Source: Eledone cirrhosa (taxonomy: Eukaryota). Taken from it: a DNA stretch of 64,000 nt. The stretch covers positions 62,001 to 126,000 of the forward strand of contig CAXHJY010001087.1 in NCBI GenBank assembly GCA_964016885.1, given 5' to 3'. Shown in pieces: positions 13,614-27,532 of the stretch. How positions within the stretch are numbered: position 1 is the stretch's first letter; each line of letters starts with the position of its first letter. The translations under genes were made by a program, and so were the position numbers. Below the pieces are notes generated by a model. The model saw nothing but the letters and a program-made list of their open reading frames with translations. It made no database searches and was not told the DNA's origin.

Positions 13614-13803
13614 GGTGTTGGTGTTAAACAGGGCAACAGATAAAGTCTAACATCCCAGAACCAGGTATTGGTGTTAAACTGGGCAACAAATTAAGTCTAC
13701 CATCCCAGAACCAGGTGGTGGTGTTAAACTGGGCAACAAATTAAGTCTACCATCCCAGAACCAGGTGGTGGTGTTAAACTGGGCAACAGATTAAGTCTAC
13801 CAC
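13614..13803 (+). repeat. 50-bp tandem repeat, about 3.8 copies
   Basis: Unit GGTGGTGGTGTTAAACTGGGCAACAAATTAAGTCTACCATCCCAGAACCA at 13614, 13664, 13714 and 13764. Confidence 0.9.
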
Positions 13804-16800
13804 TGAAGGAGGCTACAACAGGATTTAAACTCAAAACAAAGATCCAGAATAAATGCCACAAGTTATATTGTTATATATTTATATATCTTTTCTCGGTTTA
13901 TTTATTATGGTATTTCAAGAGAATGATTAGTTTTGTAAATATTTATTTGGTGAAACAGCAACTCTAATAATGTCATGAACTCAGACCTAGAATGTGTTAG
14001 GAGACAGGTGCATTAATATATGATATAGTAGTACAGTCTTTCAGAAAGTTACTGGGGTTGATGTGGGTGACTAAAGCATAGCCACAGTCTGATTTCTGAA
14101 ACCTGTAACAATATATGAATAAAGTGTTTTTCAAATGAATAAATGCTTCGCAACAGTTGCATAATTTATCCAGGAGAAGACAACCCTGTTCGAAGCCAAA
14201 GGAAAAAATAAATAATGCAATTTATTGTTTTACTGAAATAAACTACTGTATTTTCTTGTGTATAAGACACATTGTAATCCCCAAATCTGCCTGTGTGCTA
14301 AACACAAAAGATATGGATATAATAGTAATAATTGTTTCTACTTCTGGCACAAGGCCAGCAATTATCCAGTGCATTACTGGTACTATATTTTATTGACCCC
14401 GTAAGGATGAAAGGTAAAGTTAACCTCGGCAGGATATAATAGAAATAATGTTGTATACTATATACAAGTCATGTATATTATATACTATATACAAGTCATG
14501 TATAGCTGTAAATTTTTTATATTCCCCAAACTTTTCTTCGTAGTTTTGGGACAATCAGTCTTTAAACAGTATGGTATCTGATTAGGATTTGGCTGCTATT
14601 TCTAAGATTGTGGCAACCACGTCGAAGCTCCCTCATTGGATTGGCTCATCTGTTCATATAATTTCATTTACTTTAGGGCAGACATGTCAAACATGCGAAC
14701 CTTTACAAGCATACCTGTGGCCTGCACATAGGTTTTTACAGCGCGAGCATGTTTTATCTTCATAATATAAAATAAAAAAGATTAGTTGTAATGTGCGTAA
14801 TTAGTTGTGTGTGACCTATGTCGCCTGCTTTAGAGTGAAGTTATTAAATTGGTCCCAAATACTTGACTGGTACTCTATCAACCATTGAAAGGGCAAAAGG
14901 CAAAGTTGACCAGCACAGAATTTAAACACTTCAAGACATTTTTCCTGTTGCTCTATCAATTCTGCTTGAATCCTTACCCTGCTACCTTATTCCTCCTGCT
15001 GATGATTCTCTTTCACAAATTGGGTGTCTTTAGATATAGGTATATAAAATGAAAGTGAATGAATATGCGGTGTTCATGTAGCCAAGAGCTTAGATCTTAC
15101 TACTAACTATAGAGCAGATGTGAATGTGTAATTTTCATACTGTGACTAACAACCAGGCTCTTACTACTAACTGTAGCCACAGCACACATGTGAATGTGAT
15201 GTTCATGCTGTGACCAACCACTTAGAGGAGCCATTATGTGGTTATTTAACTTGCTAAATGTAATAGCTACATTTCCCTCAAATCACACCTATCTTAAGAA
15301 AGGACATGAGAAAATGTCCTCTTTGATACAGTATGCCTTTACAAAATGATAAGTTTTCATGAATACATCTTTCAAAATGTAGCAAAAAATCAGTTCAGTT
15401 TTATATACCGATATTGAAAGATCCTATTTAGAGTAAAAAAGATAATGTTAATGTCTTAATATACAAAAACTACACCCATCACTCGCATTTAAATATGTAC
15501 CATGCTTTCGCTAAGGGTTGTAGGTACCAATGCAGTTGCAAGCAGACACCTTTGACCCAGCATGTGCCAGCTGGAAGGAAAAATGCACCAGCACTAGACT
15601 GATACTTTATTAACCCTGAAAGGATGAAAAGCAAAGTGGACCTCAGAATGCATATCCAATGATCTAATCATCATCATCATTTACCATACACTTTTCACGC
15701 TAATATGGGTTAGACGGGTTATCCCATTTGAAGCAAGTTGGGTCAGGTGACTGCGTCTTGCTCATATAGAACTGTTTCTGGCAAGATCTCTACAGCTGTT
15801 GCACTTCCTAACGCCAACCGCATTTACAGTGTGTGCTGAGTGCTTTTTGTTGTGACTCCTACACAACTTTACAGTGTGGACTGGGTGCTTTTTGTCGTGA
15901 TACCTACACGACCACTTTACAGTGTGGGCTGAGTGCTTTTTGTCATGACATTTAAATGACTACTTCCCCCTTAATGTAATAATATATTGACATAAAATAT
16001 TCCATTTCTGTGTCACAAAATTAACCCTTAAAATACAGTAATACTTTGTTAAGTGCTCTAGATATGCTCCTGAAAAATGCAGTGCTATACATGATCAGTA
16101 CAATTGAGATGACAGTTGGATTTGGTATATGTAACACTGGTGAGAAATTAAATGAAGATAGAAACTTAGACATTTCCAAATGATTGAAAAATGTAACGAT
16201 TCACTATCTCAGTCCTTCATATACTGTAATATAGAGGGAAGCCATTGGTCTTGTCAAGAACATGACAACCTCTCTCTGGTGCCATGATAAAATGCACCCA
16301 GTACACTCTGTAAAGCGGTAGTGCCGGTATCACGATAAAATGTATCAAGTACATTCTGTAAAATAGCTGGCATTAGGAAGGGCATCCAGCTGCATTAAAC
16401 CATGCCAAAATATGGAGCATATGAGCAAGATGTGGTTCTGTGATCTGTCTAATCTTGGACTGCGACAAACCATGCTAGCATAGATATATATATGAACCTG
16501 TAGCTCTTGATAGAGTTATAGGGGTGCCATAGTGATATATGTCTTGAACATTTTAAACTTGGCAGAACCCATCCCTTTCCAGGTCTCAATACGCATGATT
16601 TCTTCCATCGAAGAAGAGAGTGAGGAGATGCAGCGGAAGAATCAATTCCCAGTACTGGACTGATACTTCTTTTATCAACCTTGAAAGTATGAAAGGCAAA
16701 GTTGAACTCAGAGTGCAGCGACCCAGAAGTAATACTGCAATCATTCTATCCAATGTTCTAACCGCTCTGCCAATTTGCCATCAATATGGTTAGTAAACAT

Positions 16801-16949
16801 AAAATGATGATGTATGTGATCTAATGTTATGATTCTCAAAAAATTATAAAGCAATTTTAATCAATTAAAATGTAATTTTGTTATGAAATTATGAAACATT
16901 ATAACTTCGAAGTTGTATCATTTGTGAATAACTGAAATAAGCAAGTAGC

Positions 16950-17105
16950 AATTGTAACCATGGCTACATAGTTTTACTGTAACCATGACTACATTGGTTC
17001 ACTGTAACCATGGCTACTTAGGTTCACTAACCATGATTCCACAGCTCCACTACAACTTCTGTATTTACATTATGGCTATGTAGGTCAACTGTAACAATGA
17101 CTACA
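16950..17105 (+). repeat. Degenerate ~25-bp tandem repeat
   Basis: Recurring ACTGTAACCATGGCTAC motif. Confidence 0.65.
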
Positions 17106-17199
17106 GAAAAGGTTATGCAGAGATGAGTGTCCAGACTGTAGCATGTCCTCACACATTTCAACTTTCTTGAGTCTTCTCTCACAAAGCAGTTCACAATAA

Positions 17200-18450
17200 C
17201 AGGACGTTTCCAGAACACCTTTTTACTTTGTTGCTGCAGTCAGAGTCAGGGTCATTCTCAGTAAAATGTTCTAGGTTTTCTGTAATCTTGGCAATGCTCT
17301 TACTGAGGATTCTTTCAGGTGTCATTGGCATTATAGAGACTCTTCTGATTTTGTTGCTGTGCTAACCCATGCAGTTCTTCCGTCTTATTCTGGGTGCATT
17401 GCTATGCTAATTTGTGCAGCTCTGCAGAATGCTCTTCAGACATACTGTATATTTTGCTGTGCTAATTTGGACAGCTCTGAAGTAGAGTCTTCATGTCTAT
17501 TGTACATGTATTTCTATGCTAATTTGTGCAACTCTGAAGAAGAATCTTCATGTCTATTCTGTATGTGTTGTGCTAATTTGGGCAGCTCTGCAGACATATT
17601 CTACAAGTGTTGCTCTGCTAACTCTTACAGTTCTTCAATCAATAAACTCTCACCGCAAGACAATATTAACTCCACTACATCTTCTGTATTTACATTTTCT
17701 ATTTCTCCTTCCCTGGCCAGCTCAACAATGTCGTTGATGACTGCTGGTATTATTTTTTCATCAAATTCCAGAAATGTATTGCATGCTTCTGGCCATAGCT
17801 TATTCCAAACTTTGTTCATGCATTTTTCAGTTTCTTCATCCCAGGCTGCTGCAATATGATAGTTTTTTCCAAACTTCTCTAACAGACTGCTGATCTCTTA
17901 AACAAGTTGTCTGAAAATATACTGAATATAATAGGTCTCCATATTAGAAATGACACCCTGAGTCGTTTGTTGGAGTAAGGAAGTGATATTTGAGAGCAAG
18001 AAAACTACTTCAATGGGAATACAGGTTTAAAGGGTCTCAATATTTTGAGGGTGACCTGAAGCATTACCAATCACCAATAATGCCTTTAGTTCAAGGTTAT
18101 GTTCTTCACAAAAGCTCTTTACTGCTGGACAAAAATACGAAACAAACCACTGAGTAAATATTTCTATTGTCATCTACTACTCTTTGTTTTATTTCTAAAT
18201 CACAGGCAGATGCAATTTTGATATTCCAGCCATAGATTGTGGTGTTTCTGAATGATAAACAAGTACTGGCTTCAGTTTAAAATCACGAGAGGTATTGCCC
18301 CCAAGTAAAAGGGTTAAACGGTCTTTTCTTGACCTTCATCCCAGAAGTTGTTTTTTCTTCTTCAGAGATGGAAGTGTGAGCTGGCAATCTATTCAAGAGG
18401 AAAACTGTTTCATCTACATTAAAAACTAGCTGGGGAGGATAGGTAAAAGA
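17200..18450 (-). mobile_element. Tigger/pogo (TIGD1-like) DDE transposase remnant
   Basis: Fragments YPPQLVFNVDETVF..RLPAHTSISEEEK..GMK and MNKVWNKLWPE match pogo/Tigger transposase motifs; many frameshifts. Confidence 0.75.
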
Positions 18451-19998
18451 AAAAAAATGAGGAACTGAAGAAAGTAGAGGAAATTTTGCAAAGCCACCAG
18501 AATATGAACACAATGTCATCATAGAAAACTGAACCCCACTCTATGACTATATGCCTTTGTATGTGCTCTAATTAGTTTGTTGCCAATGAGTGACAGGGCA
18601 CACACTACACTATTTTAACAAATAAATGAGTATGACTTATTAATTTTAAATATAGCAATTTGCTAACACTCTATCCCTATGTCTTTAAGTCAGGGAATGG
18701 TGTTTAGCAGAAGAAATTCTGATGTTTAGCAGTATAACATCCAAGGAAAGTTTTTATTTTGTATAATACAAACAAATGCAAAGTTTTGTATTGGACTTTG
18801 TGAGACAAAAACATTATTTCCTGCTTATTGAAAGAATAAAGCATGACGGATTCATTGTACAGAGCTGTAAAGTTATTGAAAGACAATATGAAATGTCCAA
18901 CAAGAATTGTATTATAAAGCTACAGAGCTGAGGTTTAAAACAAATATGATGCTGAGAAAGATTAGCATGAATTAAAATATCATTAGACAATGGTTCTATA
19001 TACAGGTATGGAAATATGTTTGTCTGGTTATAGTGTGGGTATATAAGTTACAGTCTAAGTTTGGGTGAAATAAGGTCAAAGAATCCTGAGAGGACACATG
19101 AAATATTTGAGTCTGTGTATGTTGATAGTAAGTGCGTGTGTGTAACTGTGGTTGAAGAACTACGCAAGTTCGTTATCAATGTTTGAATTTTTACGAATGA
19201 CTTACGATTCAAGTGTCTACACATTTCGTCCTTTACGAAGCTAAGGTAGAGAATTGAGACAGAACTCTTAAAGAACAAAAAATATAATAGAGTGCTAAGT
19301 GTCTATTAAATTAGGATAAACTAATCGATGGTAATCGTCTTCTCATATGTGGATAAGTTGAACAAGTCGATTTCTTCATTTCCTGCAGGATTCACACTTT
19401 TAGTTAAAAAATGAAACAAAACAAAAGATAAAATAAAGTTGTGTATTAATTTTTACTTTGAAAATTAATTTTTAAACTGACATTTACGGCAGAACTATAG
19501 TTTAAGTAAGCCCTCGATTTGTTTTCTCAATAATGTATATATTTTATTGATTCCAAAGGGTATATTGCGATTATGTCGAAATTAAAATGATACTTTTAAA
19601 AATACTTTTATTATTGTATAATTCCGTTCGTTAATGTTATATTTATTACTAAATACTTTCGATTTGTGTTTGTAGTAGGCTAAAAGATTTGTTCAGTACG
19701 CCTTCCAATTTAATGTTTATAATAAACTATCAGAATGGCTCGGGAGTTGTTCTAGGGTTCTTATATATTTGATATATATTTATCCTTATCGAGCCTCATG
19801 AAATAAATACGTTTGTTTATATTTTGTTATTGTGTATGCAAAAATATCTGCACACGAATATATAATTATATATATATTAAAATAACAGATTAAAGTTTAA
19901 GCAAAGAATTGTTGCTTTCACCCTTAACGGGATCTTCTGAAACTAAAAAAAATCAATCTGTGAACGCAGAAGTAAATATTTCGAAAAACGTTACACAC

Positions 19999-20029
<31 letters not shown>

Positions 20030-20179
20030 ATACTTTGGGAGGGTCATGTTGCCAATAAGAAACACACGCACCAGTTGCTTTCACTTCAATTTATTATAAA
20101 TTTATAAATTTACAAATTTACAAACTTATAAATTTCTAGTTGGTTGGTTGGTTCCACAACCAGATAGTTGTTTATATAT

Positions 20180-20224
20180 AGTCATAGTCCTTTCGTCACA
20201 CACTCTGTGACCTCTTCAGTGACT
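20180..20224 (-). ncRNA. Minimal type I hammerhead ribozyme (family A, left arm)
   Basis: Reverse complement of 20777-20821. Confidence 0.7.
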
Positions 20225-20776
20225 GGGGATTCCTTTCTTTGTTTCTGTGCCTTTCCTTTCTTCTATCCTACGCCATTTTGTTTCTGTGTGTGTGTTGTGT
20301 GCTCAGTTTGCGCATGCGCCACATCCGGGTGTCTGTGTGTGTTTGTGTTCATTTATCTATTTATCCACACACAGAAAAGACACAATGTTTAGGCAAATTA
20401 CAGAGGCAGTAAGCATAAAAGAATTAAAACCAAAATTAAATAGAAAATATGAGTGGAACAGCAACATCACAACTTACAATTAAGGACAAAATGAAAACAC
20501 ACACAGGACAAAATGAAAACACACACACACATAGAACAAACAACTTACAATTAAGGACAAAATGAAAACACACACAGGACAAAATGAAAACACACACACA
20601 CATAGAACAAACAACCAACCAACAATAAATAAATAAACAAATAGATAAATGAACACAAACACACACAGACACCCGGATGTGGCGCATGCGCAAACTGAGC
20701 ACACAACACACACACAGAAACAAAATGGCGTAGGATAGAAGAAAGGAAAGGCACAGAAACAAAGAAAGGAATCCCC

Positions 20777-20821
20777 AGTCACTGAAGAGGTCACAGAGTG
20801 TGTGACGAAAGGACTATGACT
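20777..20821 (+). ncRNA. Minimal type I hammerhead ribozyme (family A)
   Basis: AGTCA-CTGAAGA-G-GTCACA gagtg TGTGAC-GAAA-GGAC-TA-TGACT: stem I AGTCA/TGACT, stem II GTCACA/TGTGAC, CUA site; stem III is very short. Confidence 0.7.
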
Positions 20822-21035
20822 ATATATAAACAGCTATCTGGTTGTGGAACCAACCAACCAACCAGAAATTTATAAGTTTGTAAATTTATAAATTTATAAA
20901 TATATAATAAATTGAAGTGAAAGCAACTGGTGCGTGTGTTTCTTATTGGCAACATGACCCTCCCAAAGTATAACAATATCGGTTTCAACACACGATTTCA
21001 GATAAAGAATCTTGCTAAACAAATTCAGAAACGAA

Positions 21036-21066
<31 letters not shown>

Positions 21067-21139
21067 TAGCGTCATAATGTCATAATGCAGACAGCAGACA
21101 CACAGACAGATATTATAAGGGCGCAACGTTATATCTATG

Positions 21140-21350
21140 TATCTATCTAAAAAGAAAGACTAAGAATTATAGAGAGACATCGCTAAATTGCCTCATGCGG
21201 TCCCTAGGGCATTGAACATTTAAAATTTGTTTTGCTCAAAACACTCACAGGACCATAAGAATTACATGTGTAAAGTTTGAAAACAATCGGTTGGGTGGTT
21301 CTCGAGTTTTAGGGAGTCAGACAGACATTCTCTATTTTAGATGTATAGAT
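21140..21350 (-). mobile_element. Helitron/Helentron-like non-autonomous remnant
   Basis: Ends ...CAGACAGACA...TTTAGATGTATAGAT, resembling the terminal part of the 45676-46442 element. Confidence 0.4.
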
Positions 21351-24300
21351 AATATCAGTCAGAATAATGTCCTTTTCTACAACTATAAATTGCGAAAAAG
21401 TAAATTAGTAACATTTTTCTTTTGTTTCATCAGTGTAATCTACACATTTGCGAAATTTCACTAAGTCATACAGTATTAGGACACAATGAGGGGACACAAT
21501 TATTATAGCCTTTTTATTAGATTAACAGAAATATAATTATGGAATTATTTTCGAAAATTGATGAAAACGAGAGAAACAAGAACAGTGATTCTTAGTTCAT
21601 AATTTTTTTGTTCCTACTTCAGTGTAATTGTTTGTGGAGAAAGAATTGGCTAAAGCGTTATTTAACCCTTCTGTGTATAAAAAAAACATTTATAATGTTC
21701 TAATTACCAGCTCAATCATGATGAAGTTAGTTATGTTACTAAATTCCTCCAAATTTTTATTTTCAAAATGAATTGAAGATCACAGGCAATGTGTCTCATA
21801 AGAAATGGATAACTTTCTTTCATGAATCACAAAAGTAACATTTTTATATTAACGTAAAAAAAAACATCCGTAATCTATGGAAAAGATTATTTAATTTAAT
21901 CGTAACAAATTACAAGATATTTTAAGAAACAAAGAAAAAGGAAAACGAAGAATGGTTGGAAGTGGAAATAATGAGAATTTGTTTAGGAGAAAAGGAATCA
22001 ACCGAGTTTTTCTTGCCTCTTTTTACCTCCCAAAATGTGTGTGTATATATATATATATATAATTTGTGTGTGTGTGTATATATATATATATATACAATTT
22101 GTGTGTGTGTGCACATATATATATATAAAATAAAAGAAATATATATATATATTATGTGTGCGGAATAACCTTATCACACAAATATCTATACTAGAGACCT
22201 CATAGCTGGGGAAGTAAAAAAAAAAATGAAAAAAAAAAGAATATATATATATATATATATATATAAAAGGGTAGTCATTGTTCAAGTGTTTCTTGTTATG
22301 AGAGAAAAAAAGAGGAGAAATTAGGTCGGCCATGGAAGGGGAAACAAAGGGAAGCAACCTATGGCCGCAGCACAGTTCTCTTTCTATCTCTCGTTAAGTG
22401 GAGGCTGGAATGTAAGTGCTTCATCTCTTACTTTCGAATCAACTCAACTCCCCAAAATAGTCAAACATTCTCCCTCCCTTCATCTCCTATATACAAGTCA
22501 ACCACACTGAAATATCAATATTTTTAGTATCTTCACTCTTGTTTTATATATATAAATTTTCTCACTACTTCTCTCCCCTCATCTCCCATACACAAGTCCA
22601 CCACAGTAAAACACCAATATATTAGCACTCACTTCACCCGTGTATATATATATTTATTAGGAATTTTGTCCGACGGCTTAGCTTTAACTGTTTCGAGAGC
22701 AAAATGATTTTGCTGTCGTTACGGTTAAAGCTTAATATCTACATTTTATTTTCCTAAATATAGAGTACTAAGTTAAATAATGGTCTTATTACTCTTAACT
22801 AGTAACATCTCACCCACATATATGGAAAGGAAGACAGATAAATAGATATTCTTAAGCTCTCATACACATGTCTTAGACAGTGAAACACCAATGTTTTCGT
22901 GTGTTAGTGCTTACTTCATCCTTAACATTTCATTCTCTAGCTTTCCCTTCGAGTCAATAATGAAACACCTATCTTAAATATAACGTCTTTCCTCTTACAT
23001 GTCCGATATACAAGTCCACAGTGTTATATAAATTCTATAAACACCAAATTGCTTCCACATGTCAGATCTACTAAAAACAAGACCACGGTGTAAAACTAAT
23101 TCTATAAACACGATCTCACTTGCACCGTAACATCAATCACATCAATCAGTCTTATATATTCTTCCTTCATATCTGATATATAAGTTTACAACGAAACAAA
23201 ACATGTCCACAGTAAAGCATCGTTCTTCTAATGGCAAACCCACTTTATGACACTTTTCATGTTTACACCAGCATCTATCTTCAATATATTCTTTCTCACC
23301 CTTATGTTTTAAGATCCAAACGTAGAGTGCCTCTGTTAGAAATAGCAGCCAAATCTCCCTTAAATCACACCCTGTCTGTTTTTAAAACGGAAAGGACATG
23401 TTCTAAAAAAGCGAGATGGTCACGGGTAGAACGAGGCTTTGATTAGTCAAAGCTAACTTGAAACAAAACAACCGTTCTTTTAAATATTATTATTTGTCAA
23501 CTTTGCCTTTCATCGTTCCGGGACCGATAAAATGAAGTACCAGTCATATTGGTATCGATTTAATCGACATTCCCCTCCCAGTCACTGCTGACCCTGTGCC
23601 TAAATGGAATTATTATTTATTTATTTATTCACCATCAAGCTTTATCTTATATTTCCCATTCAAGCCACAACTTTCCTTAATATCGAATAAGTCTCTGGGA
23701 ACGGAAGAAAGAAGAATTATTTATTATTGGACGGGATCTTTCTTGAGTATTACTTTTTATTAATGTGTGTCGAAGTCTGGGTATTTGGATTTGTTTAGAG
23801 TAATAATAAATTAAAATGTTCTTCGTAGTTTCTAAAGATTATGGTTTCGTTCTTTTGTTCGGTTTCCCAGCCAAAATTTGTTTACATGCATAAGATAAAC
23901 ATGGATGTGTATATAAAGCCGAGATAAAATCCTTTATATATTCTTGTCAGGATATGTATAAGCCGAAAGAAAACCTTTGTATATATTTGTTAGGTTGATG
24001 ACCGATTTGTTCTTGTATTTTTAAAAATAGTCCTTCGTCGTTTTCATGTTATTTTGAATATCTGTTGAGAGAGAAGAATTTGGTGGAAACCAGGCCAGAA
24101 ACGATAAATTCTCTCTCGTGGAGATATTTCCGGTATTATTTATTTATGGTTATGTTAGCAATGGAAACATGCATTTGGAATCAATTTGAAATAAATACAT
24201 ACACAAAGTAATGGACAGTAATAATAAAATAATGAACGAGGAAGAAAAGAAAAAAAACATGTACGCTCATTCAATTACGCGCTACAACGGAATATTGGTA

Positions 24301-26479
24301 TTGTCCTTTTAAACCTTTCGAGGCAAGCCAAGACATTAACATTACTGCGAGTGATAGCGAAACTGAGGCACTGGAACAGCCAAACACACCCACAAACATC
24401 ATCTGATACTTTAGTAAGATGAGCTGTCAAGGAAAAAAAAGATCGTTGTCAGTGACCCCATATCACTTATGATAATTCTTGTCGTGGGCCAACAAGAAAG
24501 CCTTAACATGGTCGTCCAATCTGCGAAAAATAACTAAATCTCCTCCCACTCTCTTTAATAAAAACAAAAAAAAAAATATACTCGATAACCCAGACTTTAA
24601 CCCTTTTGACATTAAACAGCCCATTGGTTGTTGTTGGTGTTGTTATTGTTATTGTTCTTTTTCTTCTTCTCGTGGGGGCAGAGTCCCCAAACAGTCCTTC
24701 CTGTCAGAAGGAACCATCTCCAACTGATCTGGTTGGATCCACAAGTGAGACCAGGCAAGCTCAGGGTCTACCTCTGGGTCTCTTGCTAGTTGGTTTTGCC
24801 CTTAAAATCTGTCCAGCGATTCTTTCCGAGACATTCTAGCCCATAATATCGGAGCTGTGATGTCTCCATTCAGAGAAGTAGCGGCTCTACCTGGAGTGAC
24901 TCTGATCTCCGTGCTACACACTCTATTGAGTAATGTTATTCCAAAGACACTTTGGAGGAACCACATTTCAGTTGTTTGTATTTGTGATTATTCAGTCATT
25001 ACTCAAGATTCATGACCATAGGTAAGCGTTGGCACGAATACCAAATTGAAGATAGCCAGTTTGGATTTTACACCTACCTCCCTTCTGATTACCGAATGCT
25101 GAAGCTAGCACGTTACTGCACCAGCTCCTGCAATTATCTAAAAATCCTGTAACAAAAGGGTTGTCTCACATGCTTATTGATATGGATGAGTTGTACAGGT
25201 CTACAAAATATTTCTTTCCCTTTCTGTGTCCCTCCAATTTCCTTATTCTTACCCTGTCTCCATAACTCACTCTCTCTCTTGCACCTCCTATTTCTATCTT
25301 TCCCCTCTCTACCCTCTCTTTTATATCTACATCTCTCTGCCCTGGGGTAAACAACAATTGACCAGTCACATTTTCCCACTACAATTTCCCTGCAGACACT
25401 AAACAATGTAGTCCTAGATATATACAGATATACTGGATGACCATAGTTGGAGTGCCCTTAATCATAAAGGGTCTACTCATTTGGGCTGCGACTTTGGCTT
25501 AAACTACTTCTATTACTACCACCACAATACCCCATTACTACTCACCACTACTGCTGCTGCAGGTCTTATATTAAGAATTAGTATTATATTGCTATTGTTG
25601 CTGTTTTTCATGGTTTCTTGTGGTAAATTAAATTCTTTGTATCTTTGTAGCTGTATGAAAATCTTCAATGGTAACTGAAACAGAATCCTAGAACAGTCTT
25701 CTCTGATTTCCTCGACCATGCCTTGCTGATTACCTTCAAATCACACATTGTATTGGCCTCACATCTAGCTAGTCCACAATGAAATAGGCTTTTAACTGTA
25801 TAACACTAAAATTATCAATATGCAGTAAAACAACTTATTCATTTGCTATTATCCAACTTGTTTAACTTTGCATTAGCAATACACTCTTGAAAGGTACAAA
25901 ACAGCACTATGACTGCATCATATGGAAAATTAAAGTCTTTACTCTAATGTTACAAATTTCCACAATAGCCTGTTTTCTAGTAAAGACGCCATAAACATTT
26001 GAATTAACAAACAAGTTTTTAGATATTGTCTGCTAAATCTCATTGTAAGAGATAATATTGCAAATTTCCACAACAGTGTGTCCACTACTAAAGATACTAC
26101 AAACTTCTGTTTGCCAGTTTTTAGATATCTGCTAAATTATTACAGGAGGCAATGTTAAGAAGTATGTTTGATATTATGAATGATTGATGTAACTAATTCT
26201 CTTACATATATGTAAAGAATTAAATTAATCCTTAGACCTCAACGAAGCTTCCATTTTTGACATGTTATTCTCACAAGAGTGAAACGTAAAGAATTATCAA
26301 CAAAAGGTGATTTGGGATTGACATTTAGATATTGATAATATTTCAACAGAATTATTTTAGGTTTTGGTGTTTTATCATTGTTGTTAGTTACAACACACTA
26401 TGAGATCTTACTAGATGTTACATTAACACAATTTTATACAGTCCCAGTGTTATAGACAAAAGCCTGGGGTGTATTTTTA

Positions 26480-27532
26480 ATGATGATGTTTCCCATGCAA
26501 ACTGTTTATCCAAGTTCATCTTCTGTGGACAATCAATACAGATATGACATCAGCAACAAACCATTTCAACAAGCTGAAGATAACAACCACTCAAAATACC
26601 ATCATCACCACCACCACCACCATCATCATCACCATGAACCCACTTGCCCTCATTATTTAAACCATTCAGGCAAAGGGGCTTACCCATGTCGCAACAACCG
26701 AGAACATTTAAATCCTCCAGATTTACAACCTGTTGCCAAGGTGACAAGTCACAGCAGCAAACCTTACAAGTGTGAGATTTGTCGAAAGAGCTTCAGCCGC
26801 CGAGCAAACCTTCAGAACCATGAACACAGTGCATTTTCTGGTGGTGGTGACAGACAGCAACACCATAGTTGTGTTTACTGCCAGAAAGTGTTTGCTCAGA
26901 AAGCACACTTGCGCAGCCATGAGAGAACACACACAGGAGATCGCCCTTACACATGCTTAGCTTGTCTCAAGTCCTTTAGCCAAAAAGCTCATCTCAAAGT
27001 ACATGAACGTACCCATACTGGAGAACGGCCTTTTAAATGCCCAACCTGTCCGAAAGCATTCAGCCAGAAGGATCATCTTAGTAACCATATAAGGACACAC
27101 TCTGGAGAGCGACCTTTCCAATGTTCCCATTGCTCAAAAGCATTCAGTCAGCGTGCACATCTTCGTAACCATGAGCATACACATGCAAGTCGCAAGCCAT
27201 ATGTCTGCACCTTATGTGACAAAGCGTTTGCTCAAAGAATCAACTTGCTTAGTCACATTAGAACTCATACAGGTGAGAAACCATACTCTTGCGATATTTG
27301 TGGGAAGAATTTCTCCCAAAAAGGCAATCTTAAAACTCATAAACGCACACACGGCAATAAAAAGATCTTTGACTGTAATGTCTGTGGAAAAGTTTTCCCT
27401 CAAAAGGCGATCTTACAATGTCACGAAAAAGCACATATGGTGCCAAACATGGCTGAGGTGAACCGGACATCTAACAAGGACCAGGTTTTCCAGTACAATC
27501 TACCAGAATCTGGTGCTGTCAATGAACTTTAA
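26480..27532 (+). CDS. C2H2 zinc-finger protein with poly-His tract and 8 fingers (first atypical)
   Basis: Intact 350-aa ORF; tandem fingers joined by TGDRPY/TGERPF/SGERPF/TGEKPY linkers; run of about 12 His near the N-terminus. Confidence 0.92.
   Translation: MMMFPMQTVYPSSSSVDNQYRYDISNKPFQQAEDNNHSKYHHHHHHHHHHHHEPTCPHYLNHSGKGAYPCRNNREHLNPPDLQPVAKVTSHSSKPYKCEICRKSFSRRANLQNHEHSAFSGGGDRQQHHSCVYCQKVFAQKAHLRSHERTHTGDRPYTCLACLKSFSQKAHLKVHERTHTGERPFKCPTCPKAFSQKDHLSNHIRTHSGERPFQCSHCSKAFSQRAHLRNHEHTHASRKPYVCTLCDKAFAQRINLLSHIRTHTGEKPYSCDICGKNFSQKGNLKTHKRTHGNKKIFDCNVCGKVFPQKAILQCHEKAHMVPNMAEVNRTSNKDQVFQYNLPESGAVNEL

Larger units (their letters stand above)
20022..20979. mobile_element. Fold-back non-coding PLE-derived element (about 340-bp inverted arms)
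   Basis: 20022-~20362 is the reverse complement of ~20639-20979; CA-rich spacer with tandem duplications; an HHR motif in each arm. Confidence 0.8.

Noticed and set aside
13614-13803. Regularly spaced repeats resembling a CRISPR array
   Set aside because: Contiguous 50-bp tandem units with no unique spacers; eukaryotic context with no cas genes.
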